Positions 13,572-28,358 of a stretch of DNA of 64,000 bases are shown here, piece by piece (within the stretch, counting starts at the first letter, position 1; every line of letters begins with the position of its first letter). Origin of the DNA: Eledone cirrhosa (Eukaryota); contig OZ024742.1 of NCBI GenBank assembly GCA_964016885.1, positions 107,756,001 to 107,820,000 on the forward strand, read 5' to 3'. The position numbers and the translations under genes are program-made. Under the pieces are notes generated by a model. That model made no database searches. It had not been told where the DNA came from and worked only from the letters and a program-made list of their open reading frames with translations.

Positions 13572-13614
13572 AATATAATCGGTTTCGATTGGTTTAACAA
13601 TCTTATCAAATATT
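13572..13614 (-). ncRNA. Minimal type I hammerhead motif with U3-A8 core
   Basis: AAUAU-UUGAUAA-GAUUG uuaaac CAAUC-GAAA-CCGA-UU|AUAUU; stems I and II each pair 5/5. Confidence 0.6.
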
Positions 13615-13809
13615 AGATATTAAATATTAAAAAAATGTTTTTCATGTATTCTGTGAGCATTTCGAATATATATAAGTTTTCTGTCTAAAATTCTTCTTAT
13701 ATATATGTGTTCTTTATGAAGGGCGGTGGTGAAGGTAAAGGTGGGGTTCAACAAGTGAAGAATTCAATTAAATTCACTTGATTAAAAATAGCAAATGTTC
13801 TTACCATTC

Positions 13810-14545
13810 AAACTAATAGACTATGGTCAATTTCCAGAAATCCTTGGCTTGACACTGCTACTGAGAAGGGGGGCACTGCCGGTTCAAAACAACCTCTACT
13901 GGCACGGAAGTGCTGTCAAGCGGACCTGTCCGAGATGCGTGCAGAGCAATGAAACCGTTCTGCATGCACTTGTCCAGTGTCCGAGCATTGCTGACTTGTG
14001 GAGTTTTGTCGAACTGCTTGTAGACGGATCCGGCTATTGATCGAGTCCATCCTGAAGATCGCTCCATCACCTTTTTTTGACCGGGAAAGACAGGCAGTTT
14101 TCTCCCGTCTAGTGGCTGTAACGATTAGATTTTGTGATTGACGTGGCTGAAAGGACTGAAGACAGTCACGTTTCTCTTCGGACAAGCCCTCATCAACTTT
14201 TTCAAGTTCAACTTGGAAGGGAAGTGCTGCCGCTCGTACATTTGTTAAAGGTGAGTGACTGTAGCGAGAATGGCTCGAGTGGATGAGCCTACTCTCACCA
14301 TGTGCATATAGGCTGGAGACTTTCGAGAAGTGAGGAGTACCTTCCTATTGTGCCCTTGTTGATCAAGGTGGTTTAGGATCTGTAGGGGTCCTAAGTAACC
14401 CCTGGTGGAACTCTCCGTATTGCGGAATGTTATTGTTAATTATTTCCTGTTATCTTTACACGTTCTATGCAAACCTCCAACTCTCCCTGTTTTTCTATTG
14501 TTCTTTGTGTTTCGGCCCCAGTGGCCAACAAAGAAATAATTATTT
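13810..14545 (+). mobile_element. 5'-truncated decayed Tx1-like LINE 3' fragment
   Basis: CPRCVQSNETVLHALVQCP is homologous to ~8580-8640; GTAGCGAGAATGGC.CGAGTG is shared; ends GTGGCCAACAAAGAAATAATTATT. Confidence 0.8.
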
Positions 14546-14730
14546 GGGAGTTCGAATCACATCACGGTCAAATGTGCATTTGCTCATTCCAGGATCGATA
14601 AAATAAAGTACCAGTAAAGTACAGGCTCGGTATAATCAACTTTACCTTGCCTCAAATTACTAGCATTGTACCTAAATGAGAAATTATTATTATTGTGACT
14701 AAAGCAAAACATACGTTCTTCAGAGTAGGT

Positions 14731-14820
<90 letters not shown>

Positions 14821-14824
<4 letters not shown>

Positions 14825-15020
14825 TTTTGTGGAGCGTGGTGGTGCCGGGGTTGGTGATCGTAATAACCGCCGACATCGCCGTTGCGGGGTAGTGGGTACT
14901 GCGCAACAGAGATACTCCAAAACGTAATACGTATCTCAATCGGCATCACCACTGCCGCCGCCCCGCCATCTAACTTGGCGGAGTCGTGGTCGGTCGGCGT
15001 TCGCTCCGTATGTCACCAGT
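14821..15020 (+). promoter_or_regulatory. CpG/GC-rich island-like patch; possible promoter or non-coding first exon
   Basis: Unusually CpG-rich non-repeat segment after (GA)n, with YY1-like CCGCCATCT and a possible donor GTATGT near 15008. Confidence 0.3.
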
Positions 15021-15699
15021 TTTGATCTCGGAATTAAATTTATTTACACCTCCTTATGTTGTCTCTGAATGTAGATAATGTATTCATGCAAGTAGTACCA
15101 GGTCCGGTTCGATTCTTACTAGACCCGAGGAATATTGATAATAATATATCCTAATTCCGCAATGCATTTAAAATGTGAATTCTAAAATCGATAGACTTAT
15201 CAATAAACTTTGTTGTAATAAAATATATTTGAAAATACAAATGATTAAATCGGATTATATCTGTATCGATGTAGGAATGGTAGAACATAGAAGCTTATAA
15301 TCTTAGAATTCTCTGCAGAGATCATTTTAAACATAAAATATAAAGTTCGTTTTAATACTTACGACATTAAGTATCAGTTTATATGTCCCCCCCCCCCACC
15401 TTACCCGACTTATCAGATCATGGTATCAATGCAGGAAATGAATTTAGTAATGCTTGAAATTTTTGTATGGATGATTCACGAAGATGATTCAGACGCCAGC
15501 CTACATATCAGATCTACTACTTTAATAACACTTTACTGTGTTCAAAGACACCTACATCTTTACGACACAGTTGACTAATATAAATAACTAAAAAAAAAAA
15601 AAAACAACAACAAAAAAACCCCAAAACTGGCGGCTTTTATCGACATGGAATGGAAAGTAAGTCAGTTTCGATGATATGTGTTTCATCAACAGCCTGCCC

Positions 15700-15835
15700 A
15701 TAAAATTAACTTGTGGCTGAGCATTTCCAGAAACTCATTTTTCCCAGTAATCAACGCATCGCCTTGACTGGGAATCTAACATACGATCTTACCACTGTGA
15801 ACCGAACACTAATCCCTAAGCCACGCGCCTTCACC
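15700..15835 (-). mobile_element. tRNA-derived SINE head (family 2), decayed
   Basis: Minus strand begins GTGAAGGCGCGTGGCTTAG, matching the heads at 1283 and ~46910. Confidence 0.55.
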
Positions 15836-16451
15836 GCTCAAAACCCTATACTTTATATGAAAGAGAAATACGAGAACGTTACATCTGAAATGTACGGATA
15901 GAAGATAATTTCATATTACAATATAAATTTCCTCTACTTGTGATGTTCTATGCAAGAAATTACTGTTGGTCATTGAGCTATATATATATCAAATACTCAG
16001 TGTTAGAAGGTGAACATTCGCTTTTTATTTTAACTTCAAACATATATTTGTATGGTTGCATTTGGGCTTTTTATTAACGTTACACTTTCATCTTATATTA
16101 GTTCTGAAATTTATTTATTTTCTTGTTCTACATATGAGGGCTTTCCCATCACATAAACATTTATATTTGATGTACCCGATGCATTCTATTTAATCAAAGC
16201 TGTGTCTTTGTTGATCTATCCCTATATGCAAAAGTAATTTAGACAATTGCACTCGAGATGAAAGGATTTTCGTTTACTTTCGAAACATTGGAAAAAAGAT
16301 CTACTTATGCTGAAGTATACTGTAACATAAACTGGTCACTGTATTTACGTGATAACATATTGTTGTATTTGTTTTTTTAATCTATTTTATCATTTTCATA
16401 CATTCGTACTGTGTTTACTTATCGAATTGATTCTATAATATTAAATATACA

Positions 16452-17135
<684 letters not shown>

Positions 17136-17486
17136 CATTGTTTTTTGTGTATGTATGTATGTTTTTATGTATGTATGTATGTATGTATGTATGTATGTAT
17201 GTATGTATGTATGTATGTATGTATGTTTTTATGTATGTATGTATGTATGTATGTATGTATGTATGTTTTTATGTATGTATGTATGTATGTATGTATGTTT
17301 TTATGTATGTATGTATGTATGTATGTATGTATGTATGTTTTTATGTATGTATGTATGTATGTGCGTATATGTATGTATGTATGTATATGCGTGTATGTAT
17401 GTATGCATGTATATATATATATATATATACATAGAAATACACACACACACACATATATTAGACATGTATGTGTGTGTGTGTATATA

Positions 17487-17546
<60 letters not shown>

Positions 17547-17885
17547 TAAATAGGTATATATATATGTAAATTATTTATACATGTATGTATATATATATAC
17601 ACACACACACTCACACACATAGGTTGGTTCATCGCTCGTCTTTTTCAGACTGATTGTCAGTCCAAACTCAGCATATACTGCCGGGAAAGTCATTCAGAAT
17701 TTCAATGATTTTTTGCCGTGTGGCTAACAAGATCGTAGTCGTCTGTATAAAGAAAAGCACATACCAGTGCTGTAAATGTCTTTGATGCAGCAAGGAATAG
17801 ATGGTACTGTTGAACAAACGGATGATGATCGTCATTAAAAACAAAACATAGCATAATGAGGCTGTTTGCTTGGAAACAAATCGAA

Positions 17886-18073
17886 TACAGGTTCAATTCC
17901 GTTATAACGAATACCATTATAACGAATTTTTCACCATTACGAAATTTTTTTCAATCCCCGAGGTAATAACAAACACGCTTGATGTGTTTCGGTCGATCTC
18001 GTTATAAAGAATTTTTCGTTACAACGAGTTTTTTTATACCCTATGAATTTCGTTATAACAGAATTTCACTGTA
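17886..18073. mobile_element. Tc1/pogo-type MITE
   Basis: TACAG...TTCCGTTATAACGA / TCGTTATAACAGAATTTCACTGTA termini, TA-flanked, with internal GTTATAAC repeats. Confidence 0.75.
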
Positions 18074-18085
18074 TTATTATTAATA

Positions 18086-18569
18086 CTAGCAGAAAAAACC
18101 ACCCTCGGGTGGTTTTCTGCTAACATGTGTAGTGTGTATATTGATATTATACGTAAGTATATATGCATGTAGATATGATACATCAAATAAAATCGTAATT
18201 GACAATATACACAGAAATTGAACGAAGACTGCGTTACACTGTCTTATGTAATCAGTAACGTAATCCATGATACATTAAAAAGAAGACAATATTATATATA
18301 AACTACATTAGGAGAAAATTAGTGACAGAAATACATGTATGTTTATTTAAACGATCGCTAACCGGAAGTGTTGACATTTGAACATTTTAAAGAAGTCAAT
18401 CTTTAAATAAGTAATAAAATATATTTAATGAACAGCCACGAAATTTAGTAGATAAATTATGTAATATTCATTCATTATTTATTCAAAGTAATCCAACTTA
18501 TTTTACTAAGGGTATAAAAAATTATAAACCGTACGCAGTCCCGCGCTTCTTACTTTACTATAGTTTAGA
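18086..18569 (-). mobile_element. Non-autonomous Helitron
   Basis: Minus strand reads A|TCTAAACTATAG at 18569 and CTAG|T at 18086, preceded by hairpin AACCACCCGAGGGTGGTT. Confidence 0.6.
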
Positions 18570-18634
18570 TTCGATATAAAACCCATAAATACATTTATGT
18601 AATCCGCTATGTTAGAGTGTAAAATCAAATTCTA

Positions 18635-18699
<65 letters not shown>

Positions 18700-18706
<7 letters not shown>

Positions 18707-19127
18707 TATGTATACGTACATACAGATATGTATACAGCCGTACAGTAGTATGTATATATATATACATACATGCACACATATATAAATGTTCGTATGGATT
18801 CACCGGACATTTATTATAATGCTCGGTGTGTTTGTAAACAAACATCCTGAATTAAGCCGTACACTGTCTAGCAACCATCGTTGCTCATTTGTTCAACACT
18901 GACAAAGGAACGCTGTACTAGTTTCAAGCTTATTAGCTATCGTCAGCAACGTATACCTTCCTGCCAGATGGTTGCACGTCCTTATGCATATTTCCGGCTG
19001 AGCAGCCTAATTTGCATATCGAGTGAGTTAATCGGCCTGTATACATATATGTATGTACGTATAAATATTTATATTTAAGTCACAGCCGTACTAAGAGTGA
19101 GAAATGAAATTTCGTTTCATTTTTTCC

Positions 19128-19130
<3 letters not shown>
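18700..19130. mobile_element. Dispersed repeat with internal inverted arms; second copy inverted at ~52450-52900
   Basis: Shared blocks CAGCCGTACTAAGAGTG.GAAATGAAATTTCGTTTCAT and AGCAACCATCGTTGC; both copies sit in (TA)n. Confidence 0.75.
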
Positions 19131-19169
<39 letters not shown>

Positions 19170-19606
19170 ATAATAATCGCACCTAGTATATATATAAAAA
19201 AGGGAAATTTATAACATGTACCAAAAATTGGTATATAGCGAAGCTTGCTGTCTTACGTTTTCAAATACATATTTTGAGTTGTTCAGCAAGTGGCTGAGAA
19301 TTCCACAGATACGCGTACCTTTAACGTAGTTCTCAGGGAGATTCAGCGTGACATAGAAAGTGACAAGGCTGGTCCTTCGAATTACTTGCACAATTCATTT
19401 TTGCCACAGCTCATTTCATACAAATGTAACTGTTCTAGTCCTGTAGAAGTCAGTTGTATATAAAATTTTGATATTTTCCCTCTACTAATGTATTGAGTAT
19501 CTTATTTACCGCGGGTAACCCCGATTTAACTTGGGACCCCCCCCCCCACATATACCCACACACAAATCTATATATGTGGCAACAGTTAGTGAATGCTTTC
19601 AACAAT

Positions 19607-19652
<46 letters not shown>

Positions 19653-20100
19653 TATATATATATATATAACTGCCGTTATATAAACGTTTCTTTAAATCCC
19701 AATTTTCGTGCTCAAATCTATACCGATAGATTTTAAATGCACCATCTTAGCGATGCTAAAATAAAAACCACTCTTGCCATTCTGTCGATTTCATTGACTG
19801 TTTCCTTCTTGAAATATTAGAAACCAATAATTGTATTTCATATGCAAACCTTAACTGACAAGATTCAACTGAACCAAAAAGTACATAATAAAAAAAAGAA
19901 AACAAATAAAATTGATTTGCTTCCAAACCCCTAATTCAATTCAAAATATTTCATTCGTGTTACAAATGCACTTTCGATTTTGTTTTCGCTCTTAAAATCT
20001 TAAGGAAATTCTTTTATTTACACAGGCGCAAACACACACTCATGCACACATGCGTACTTACATACATACATAGAAACGCCCCCTCCCCCACATATATATA

Positions 20101-20137
<37 letters not shown>

Positions 20138-20247
20138 AAATTCAGGACACCCCGCCGGCTGAGCTCCAGCCGTTTCAACAGCTAGATTCAATAGCTAGAT
20201 CAAGTACTCTGGTGAGTAATGATCCATTTGGTTTTTACCACCTCCAA

Positions 20248-20300
<53 letters not shown>

Positions 20301-21082
20301 CTAAAAAGAGTGGGGGCACGACGGCTGAGGTCTTGTCATATCGACAGCTACTTCCTGACAAACAGACTTGATCGATTTACGAACCATTAGGGAATTTGAT
20401 GTTCGAAAATGTAGTAGCCACTATGTAGGTGACTATAAAAATAGTCGTTGATAACAATACATATTGGTTGAATAAGATCGGATGAAGTACCCATGGAGAC
20501 GAAAAAATTGACCAGAGACCATTTTCCCCCCGTTTCTATGGATTCTTTACCCAATTTTATCATCGGCAATTTTTTGTTATCATTGTGGCTACATTTTCAA
20601 ACACACCCACACTCATACACACACAGACACATGTAAAGACACACACACACACACACTTTCATACACACACTTTCACACACACACACACACACATACATGT
20701 CGTTAAACCAAATAATTAGCTAAAATCAGACAAAACATGAATTTACTTTCGAATTTACTTTCGAATTTTGAAATACATGACATGTATTTTTATTTTTATT
20801 TTTATTTTTTATTTTTTTTGTCGATCAATATTAAAGTATAAAAATTATAGTATTTCGAAAGTTTTATTTGCTAAACTATTTATGAAATAATCAATAATTT
20901 ATGACAGTGGGGAAAAAAACCGTTCACATAAATATGTGTGAATTGCTAATATATTATGACAGGTTAGATTAAAACCGATAGAAGGATCCATTATTTAAAT
21001 TTATGCAAACTTCTAATGAATTCGTTAAAATAAATAGACACACACATATATGTATATATTATAATATATATATGTATATGTA

Positions 21083-21153
<71 letters not shown>

Positions 21154-21519
21154 TTGTGTGTGTCTTTATGTATATATATATGCACATGAGATGTAACCAT
21201 TTAAAACACAGCTGTTCTCTAAATTAACGTTCGAACATATTTTTCTTTTCTTACTTTACTTTTCTGGTTATTCGACGTAACTGTTTTCACTGTGAACACA
21301 TTTATCACGCTTTTCTGCATATACTTTTTCAAGCGCATGGCGACTGTTTTTCATTCTTTTCGGTTTTTGTTTGCTTTGCTTTAAACTCACAAGCCTTACC
21401 TCTTTACTTTTTCGTTTATTTATACATACATAGATACATAAATACATACATAATACATACACATACACGTATGTGTGTGTGTGTGTGTGTGTGTATGTGT
21501 GTATGTGTATGAATATAAG

Positions 21520-21589
<70 letters not shown>

Positions 21590-21729
21590 TAGAAAGGGTA
21601 TTTAATTTGTTGAAAATCCGACAAATATAAATATAAATGTTTATAACTGATTTAGAGCAATCAACAGTTTCCTGGAGTAAATATTCAATGATATTAAATA
21701 AATGGAAACTATATTTATAAAACCATATT

Positions 21730-21792
21730 TATTTTATTATATATATTTTAAGGGTACCAAAACACTTTGGTACGCTTTCTTCAGATAAAATA
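21730..21792 (-). ncRNA. Decayed type I hammerhead motif (G12 to A), related to the 52.3-kb pair
   Basis: UAUUUUAU-CUGAAGA-AAGCGUACCAAAG ug UUUUGGUACCCUU-AAAA-UAUAUA-UA|AUAAAAUA; stem I pairs 8/8. Confidence 0.6.
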
Positions 21793-21939
21793 CAAAGTTT
21801 GTTTTATAAATAGAGACATACCCAGGAAAAACATACCTTATCAGTTGGATATTCTCTAGATAGATGGTTTTATAAATATAGTTTCCACCACTTATTTAAT
21901 ATCATTGTATATATATATATATACAATGATATTAAATAC

Positions 21940-23435
21940 CATGAGCTGGGACTCCTACGTAAACTTACCTATAATAATGATTATCTAGATACATATGACC
22001 TTAGCAACCTGTGCCCTACAAGACCAGCAAGAGGCAGACCACCTACCATTACCTCAATGGCCAAGAAAACACACACAGATAGATGGAACGGATGGACCAG
22101 AGCCATACGCACACCCGAAACCACGTTGAACTAAAGAAAATGATTGCACATGCGGTGGGGGCCAGTATAAAATTAACCCTTAAGGAACATATGTTCAAAT
22201 TTAATGGAAAAAAATATGCCCAAGAGGAGGGAGCAGCCATTGGTGTTAGCATTGCAGGTGACATAGTTAACCTATTCATGGTATGGTGGGACAATAGACT
22301 TAAACTTAAACTTAAAGAACAATTAGAAGACAGCAACCCCTTAACCCTGATAATGTACTCCCTCTACGTTGATGATATAAACATCGTAGTAAAAACACCA
22401 CCACTAGAGAACAGTCAGGAATTAGAGAAAAACACCATCGAAAGCATCCAGCAAATAGCTAAATCCATCCACCAGAGTATTAGAGTTACTATAGACTACC
22501 CAAGCAAACACCCCAACCATCGATTACCTGTAGAAAACACAGAGCTCTGGTTAGAAACCATTAATAACATAAAACAAATCCTACATTCCCATTATGCCAA
22601 ACCCATGACTTCCAAATATCTGATCCACCGAAACTCAGCTGTTTCGGACCACACCAAAATCAACATACTGATTGCGGATTTGGTACGGGTGATGAGAAAC
22701 GTGTCCCGCATGTGAAACACCAAAGAACTAGAGAGACACATACAACACTTCATCCACCGTATGCAGTTCTCTGGTTACAATCAGAGAGATAAAATCAGAG
22801 TATATAGAGCAGCCAGAACCAAATGGGAAAAAATGGTAAATAATGATACGAATGGGACCTGCCCCTTGTATAGGAGCAAATTTTGGAATAGAATAGAAAG
22901 AACTAGGAATAAAGTTAATAGAATAAACTCATGGTATGATAGCAATAAATACCAGAGTGTAATGTTCACCAATATAACCCCTAGAGGTGAATTAGCTTAC
23001 AAATTTAGAAGATCCCTAGATAAACATAAACTCAATATTAAGATAGTAGAAAGACCAGGTACCGCCATAAAAACACTTATTAGCAATACATACCCTTTTC
23101 AAAGACCTCCCTGTATAGATAAGAAATGTATAATCTGTAAACTAAGCCTCCATATTAACTGTAAAACTAGAAATGTAGTATATAGCATAAGATGTACTGA
23201 AGGACAATGTAGAGATAAGAATATAGTGTACACAGGTGAGACAGCTCGTTGTATAGGAGAACGGATAAATGACCACTGGCGAGAGCTTCAAGATAGAAAA
23301 GAATCATCTGTACTCCACCAACATGCTAAAATAGAACATAAGGGTAAATTAGAGAACATAGAAATAAAAATAGAATCTACACACAGAAAAGACGCAATGT
23401 TTAGACAAATCACAGAGGCAATAAACAAAAATGAA
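21940..23435 (+). mobile_element. Penelope-like element (RT + GIY-YIG endonuclease), 5'-truncated
   Basis: GAAIGVSIAGDIVNLFM and LYVDDINI (RT); CIICKL...CKTRNVVYSIRC...YTGETARCIGERINDH (GIY-YIG); one stop at 22715. Confidence 0.9.
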
Positions 23436-23752
23436 CTCCAATCTCTGCTCTCATATCTCCTCTCCTATATCCATCAAGGAATTCCTTACATCAAACTAAA
23501 ATATGTTGACAATCTTTTAATAATGTCTTCCTTGTGAAATTTGTGGTCTTGTTTTGCTTAACTAATGAATATTTCCAGCTCTGCGCACCTAACCTCTGCA
23601 TGAACCCAGCCACCTAGCAGCTTTCTACTGCATATTGCACATTGAGCACATGCCTTTATGCTTTGACTTCTAACTAATTCACCAATCTCTGCTCTCATAT
23701 CTCCTCTCCTATATCCATCTCTCTCTTTAAGATTGGTTACTCTTGAACTGTG

Positions 23753-23785
<33 letters not shown>

Positions 23786-24214
23786 AATAGCTTTCACCGT
23801 ATTTTTGACTAAAGGAATTTTAGCCTGATAATGGGGTTTAGAACCCTCAGATAAATGGAAAAAGATGAGTATTGACGTACATTTGTATATATATGCATGC
23901 ATGTATATTTACTTTCTCTTCGCTTACATGATTAATTAATGAGGAGTATGATGCTTGAACCACAATAACGCAATAATTAATTAATCTAAATGTAGACCAA
24001 ATTAAGCACTGTATTGATACATGAAACTAGATTATGAAGGTAGGATGTTACTATTTCACATTTAATATTTTATTCAATTACATAATGGAATATATACCTA
24101 GCAGTTCGTGATGCATATTCCTGGCTATGCCCGCTTGTCGATTATCCATATTCCTGGCTATGCCCGCTTGTCAATTATGCAAAACATGTCAAATCGACTA
24201 ACTTTCGTCATGAG

Positions 24215-25545
24215 GAAATAATTGTTTCTACTTTTGGCACAAGGCCAGCAATTACCCAGTACATTACTGGTACTTTATTTTATCGACTTCGTAAGGATGA
24301 AAGGCAAAGTTAACCTCGGCGGGATTTGAACTCAGATCGTAAAGGGAAGTAACTATGCCGGAAAGCATGTCCGACCCTCTACTGATACTGCCAAAAATAT
24401 TTGAACATATGCCACGTGAGATGTTATTCTAGCACATGGCTTGTATTGTCTCTATGTTTGTTTTAGTAGTAAACGGTTAATATCGGGTGTCTCTTAGTTA
24501 AGGTTCTTATTTAGTGCACTGAGTAGCTGGTTATTTCATGTTCGGAGAATTATGGCAATACCTTTCATTTGTCGAACTTTGACAGATGTATCAGCTTGTA
24601 AATTTCGTAGGCGGGAAATTTCATTAAGTCATTATCTAATTAACCTAATAATTGTTTCTACTTTATGCACAAGGCCAGCAATTTGAAAGGGAAGGGAAAG
24701 TCGATTAAATCGACCCCAGTGCATTACTGGTGCTTTATTTTTCGACCCTGTAAGGATGAAAGGCAAAGCTAACCTCGGTGGGATTTGAACTCAGAATGTA
24801 AAGTGCCGTAATTATATGGTTCTTTACGTCCAGAGTTCAAATCCCGCCGAGGTTCCTGTTCCTTTTCTTACTAATTTCTCTTTGAAATCCTTAATTTCTT
24901 CTATTACATCATTCTTGAATTTTCTCATTTAGTTATTTATTTTTATTTTTTATACTATATCATTTATCTTTCTATCTATTTCTTTATTATTATTATTTTT
25001 ATACTTCATTGTTAAATTGGCTTTGCTATTGTGCACATTTACTCAAGCTTATTGTAAATCCCCACTGTCTGTGTCTTTGTATTGTCCCCTACATGTCGGC
25101 CCTTGTGACCAATAATTGAAATCATTATTATTATTTTTATATTTTACTATCATTATTTCTCACGGTGGATTGGCAGTATAGGTAGAGGGTCGGACGCCAT
25201 GCTTCCCAGCTTTACGATCTGAGTTCAAATCCGGCCGAGGTTGACTTTGCCTTTCATCCTTACAGGGTCGATAAAATAAAGTACCAGTAATGTACTGGGA
25301 AATTGCTGGCCTTGTGTCTAAAATAGAAACAATTATTTCTCATTACAAGCGGTGGATTGGCAGTATCGGCAGAGAGTCGGACACCATGCTTTGAAGCATA
25401 GGGTTGCTTCCATTTATGATCTGAGTTCAAATCCCGCCGTGGTTAACTTTGCCTTTCATCCTTACGGAGTCGATAAAATAAAGTAATACACTGGGTAATT
25501 GCTGGCCTTGTGCCAAAAGTAGAAACAATTATTTCTCATTACAAC
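24215..25545. mobile_element. Cluster of tRNA-derived SINE family 1 copies (24215-24395 -, 24650-24855 -, 25160-25540 + tandem dimer)
   Basis: TGGCAGTATCGG A box, GAGTTCAAATCC B box, body GGTTAACTTTGCCTTTCATCC...GTCGATAAAATAAAGTACCAGT. Confidence 0.85.
25050..25135 (+). mobile_element. Isolated 3' terminus of a Tx1-like LINE with (ATT)n tail
   Basis: TGTAAATCCCCC...TTTGTATTGTC...GGCCCTTGTGACCAATAATTGAAAT(ATT)n resembles 9177-9240 and 14470-14545. Confidence 0.55.
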
Positions 25546-26018
25546 GACTTAAGTCTGCACTCAAACCCACGCATAGGCCAATATGTGTAACAGTATGTAT
25601 ATCAATATGTATAACAATGAAAGCATGTTATAATCACACACACAATCATATGCCGCAGCACACATACCCATACACATTACGATACAATATGAAATTGAAT
25701 AAAATATTGAATATGTAAAAAATGACATGTATATATAAAAAGTGTCCTCCAAAGATGTATACACACTGTGATTAGAATGGTGTTGAAGTGTGTACACATT
25801 TTTTGAGACATCCTGCATGTCCCCTCAATCTATCTAATTTCTCATTCTTCTGAAGAATGACTAGCCTCCGAAACGTTAAGACCCTCTTCCTGATATTTCA
25901 AGCGTTAACCTAATATATTCTTTCCAATATACTGTACCGATTGTGTTATAATTTCTGTTTACCTTTTACATACATATATATATATGTATATATAAGTATA
26001 TATATACGTATATATACA

Positions 26019-26149
<131 letters not shown>

Positions 26150-26249
26150 ATGGTAAGGCGACAACACGAGATGGAAAGTTTCCCTTCGTCAGCTATTTTC
26201 TACGGCTCATGAACTTTTATAATGCGCCGAAACATCCTTCTAACATTGT

Positions 26250-26732
26250 GGATTGGCACTATCAGTAGAGAGTCGGACGCCATGCTTTCCACCATAGTTA
26301 CGTCCCTTTATGGTCTGAGTTCAAATCCCGCCGAGGTTAACTTTGCCTTTCATCCTTACGGGGTCGATAAAATAAAGTACCAGTAATGTACTGAGTAATT
26401 GCTGGCCTTGTGCCAAAAGTAGAAAGAATTATATATATATATATATATAAAATACATACATTAATAATATGATATGAAGGCTAGATTTCATAACTTATTT
26501 AATCACACAGTTGTTAGACATACTACGTATTTCAGTGATAAAATGGTTACATTAAGGTACCATGACGCAATCCATGACTACGACGTCTTCAGATGGCTCA
26601 TTAGGTAATCCATTTTTAAGGCACTGTATTCTATGATATAGAGACAGGCGTGCAATTAATGTTGTTATTCCAAAGGCCTGTTTCTATATGGAGGATAACA
26701 ACCATCATTCTCATAATTTTTCTAATGTATAT

Positions 26733-26802
<70 letters not shown>

Positions 26803-26908
26803 CACACACATACACACACACACACATATATATATATAACGTAAATACTCTTTTTCTAGTATAGCAATTCTTCATGTGTTGATTGGTTTGTTATTTCCGT
26901 TTACTTTT

Positions 26909-26952
<44 letters not shown>

Positions 26953-27430
26953 CAGAAGCATACACATACATGTATATATATATATGTATATAACAAACAT
27001 ATACACACACATGTATATATATATATATACATATATACATTTTCAGCCTTCAGACTCTTCCAATGCTACGTACATCATGATGTTTATATATAATAATTAT
27101 TTCTACTTTTGGCACAAGGCCAGCAAATACCCAGTACATTACTGGTACTTTATTTTATCGACGCCGTAAGGATGAAAGACAAAGTTGACCTCGGCGTGAT
27201 TTGAACTCAGACTGTAAAGGGACGTAACTATGCTAGAAAGCATGGCGTCCAACCCTCTACCGATACTGCCAAGTCACCACCCTATGTTTATATATAATAA
27301 TTGTTTCTACTTTTGGCACAAGGCCAGCAATTTACCAGTACATTACTGGTACTTTATTTTATCGACCCCGTAAGGATGAAAGGCAAAGTTGACCTCGGCG
27401 GGATTTGAACTCAGAATGGAAAGGGCCGTA
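26250..27430. mobile_element. SINE family 1 copies (26250-26430 +; 27095-27430 - tandem dimer)
   Basis: Same A/B boxes and body as the 24-25 kb copies. Confidence 0.85.
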
Positions 27431-27679
27431 ATGATTACCATATTATTGAAACAAAGAAAAAAACAAACAAACAAAAAGAAAACAAAACAAAAACACACAA
27501 AAAATGTTATTTTCCAAAATAATGTTTTTATTTGAGAATCACATTTTATACACCCTAGCTCTATAGTACCAAATATAAATGACGAGGATGTTAAACATTT
27601 TGCACTTAATTAGTTAATGTACACATCATTAGATTCATAACATAAAATAGAATATATTCATATTTATAAAACACGTAGT

Positions 27680-27749
<70 letters not shown>

Positions 27750-27764
27750 GTATGTATGTATGTA

Positions 27765-27800
<36 letters not shown>

Positions 27801-28079
27801 TGTATGTATGTATGTATGTATGTATGTATGTATGTATGTATGTATGTATATATATACATATATATATATGTATATATATTTATACGTATGTATATATATA
27901 TATGTATATATATATGAATACATATATGTATATATGTGTGTGTATATATATATGTATATTTATATATACATACATACATATGTATCTATACATATATATA
28001 TATATATGTATAAATGTAAATATAGATATGTATGTATATGTATGTATATGTATATATATATATATATAAGTATATATAC

Positions 28080-28131
<52 letters not shown>

Positions 28132-28153
28132 TATAATATATATATATATATAT

Positions 28154-28220
<67 letters not shown>

Positions 28221-28313
28221 GATATATATAGATATATATAAAATATATATATATAAAGACAGTATATATATATATGTATATATAGAGGTATGTATATATA
28301 TATAGAAATATAG

Positions 28314-28358
<45 letters not shown>

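Noticed and set aside
15085-15130. GGTTCGATTC tRNA-like box; also SINE heads considered as tRNA genes
   Set aside because: No cloverleaf could be built; the other cases continue into SINE bodies.
24115-24178. 33-bp direct repeat pair; SINE tandems resembling repeat-spacer arrays
   Set aside because: A simple local duplication with no unique spacers or cas genes in a eukaryotic context; not CRISPR.
25846-25881. UCUU-CUGAAGA...GAAACGUU|AAGA hammerhead-like motif
   Set aside because: The core and stem I fit but stem II cannot pair in this copy; at best a decayed remnant.
26516-26598. Minus-strand CUGAAGA...GAAA-UACGUA motif
   Set aside because: U16.1 is absent and the long stem II is unconvincing by eye.
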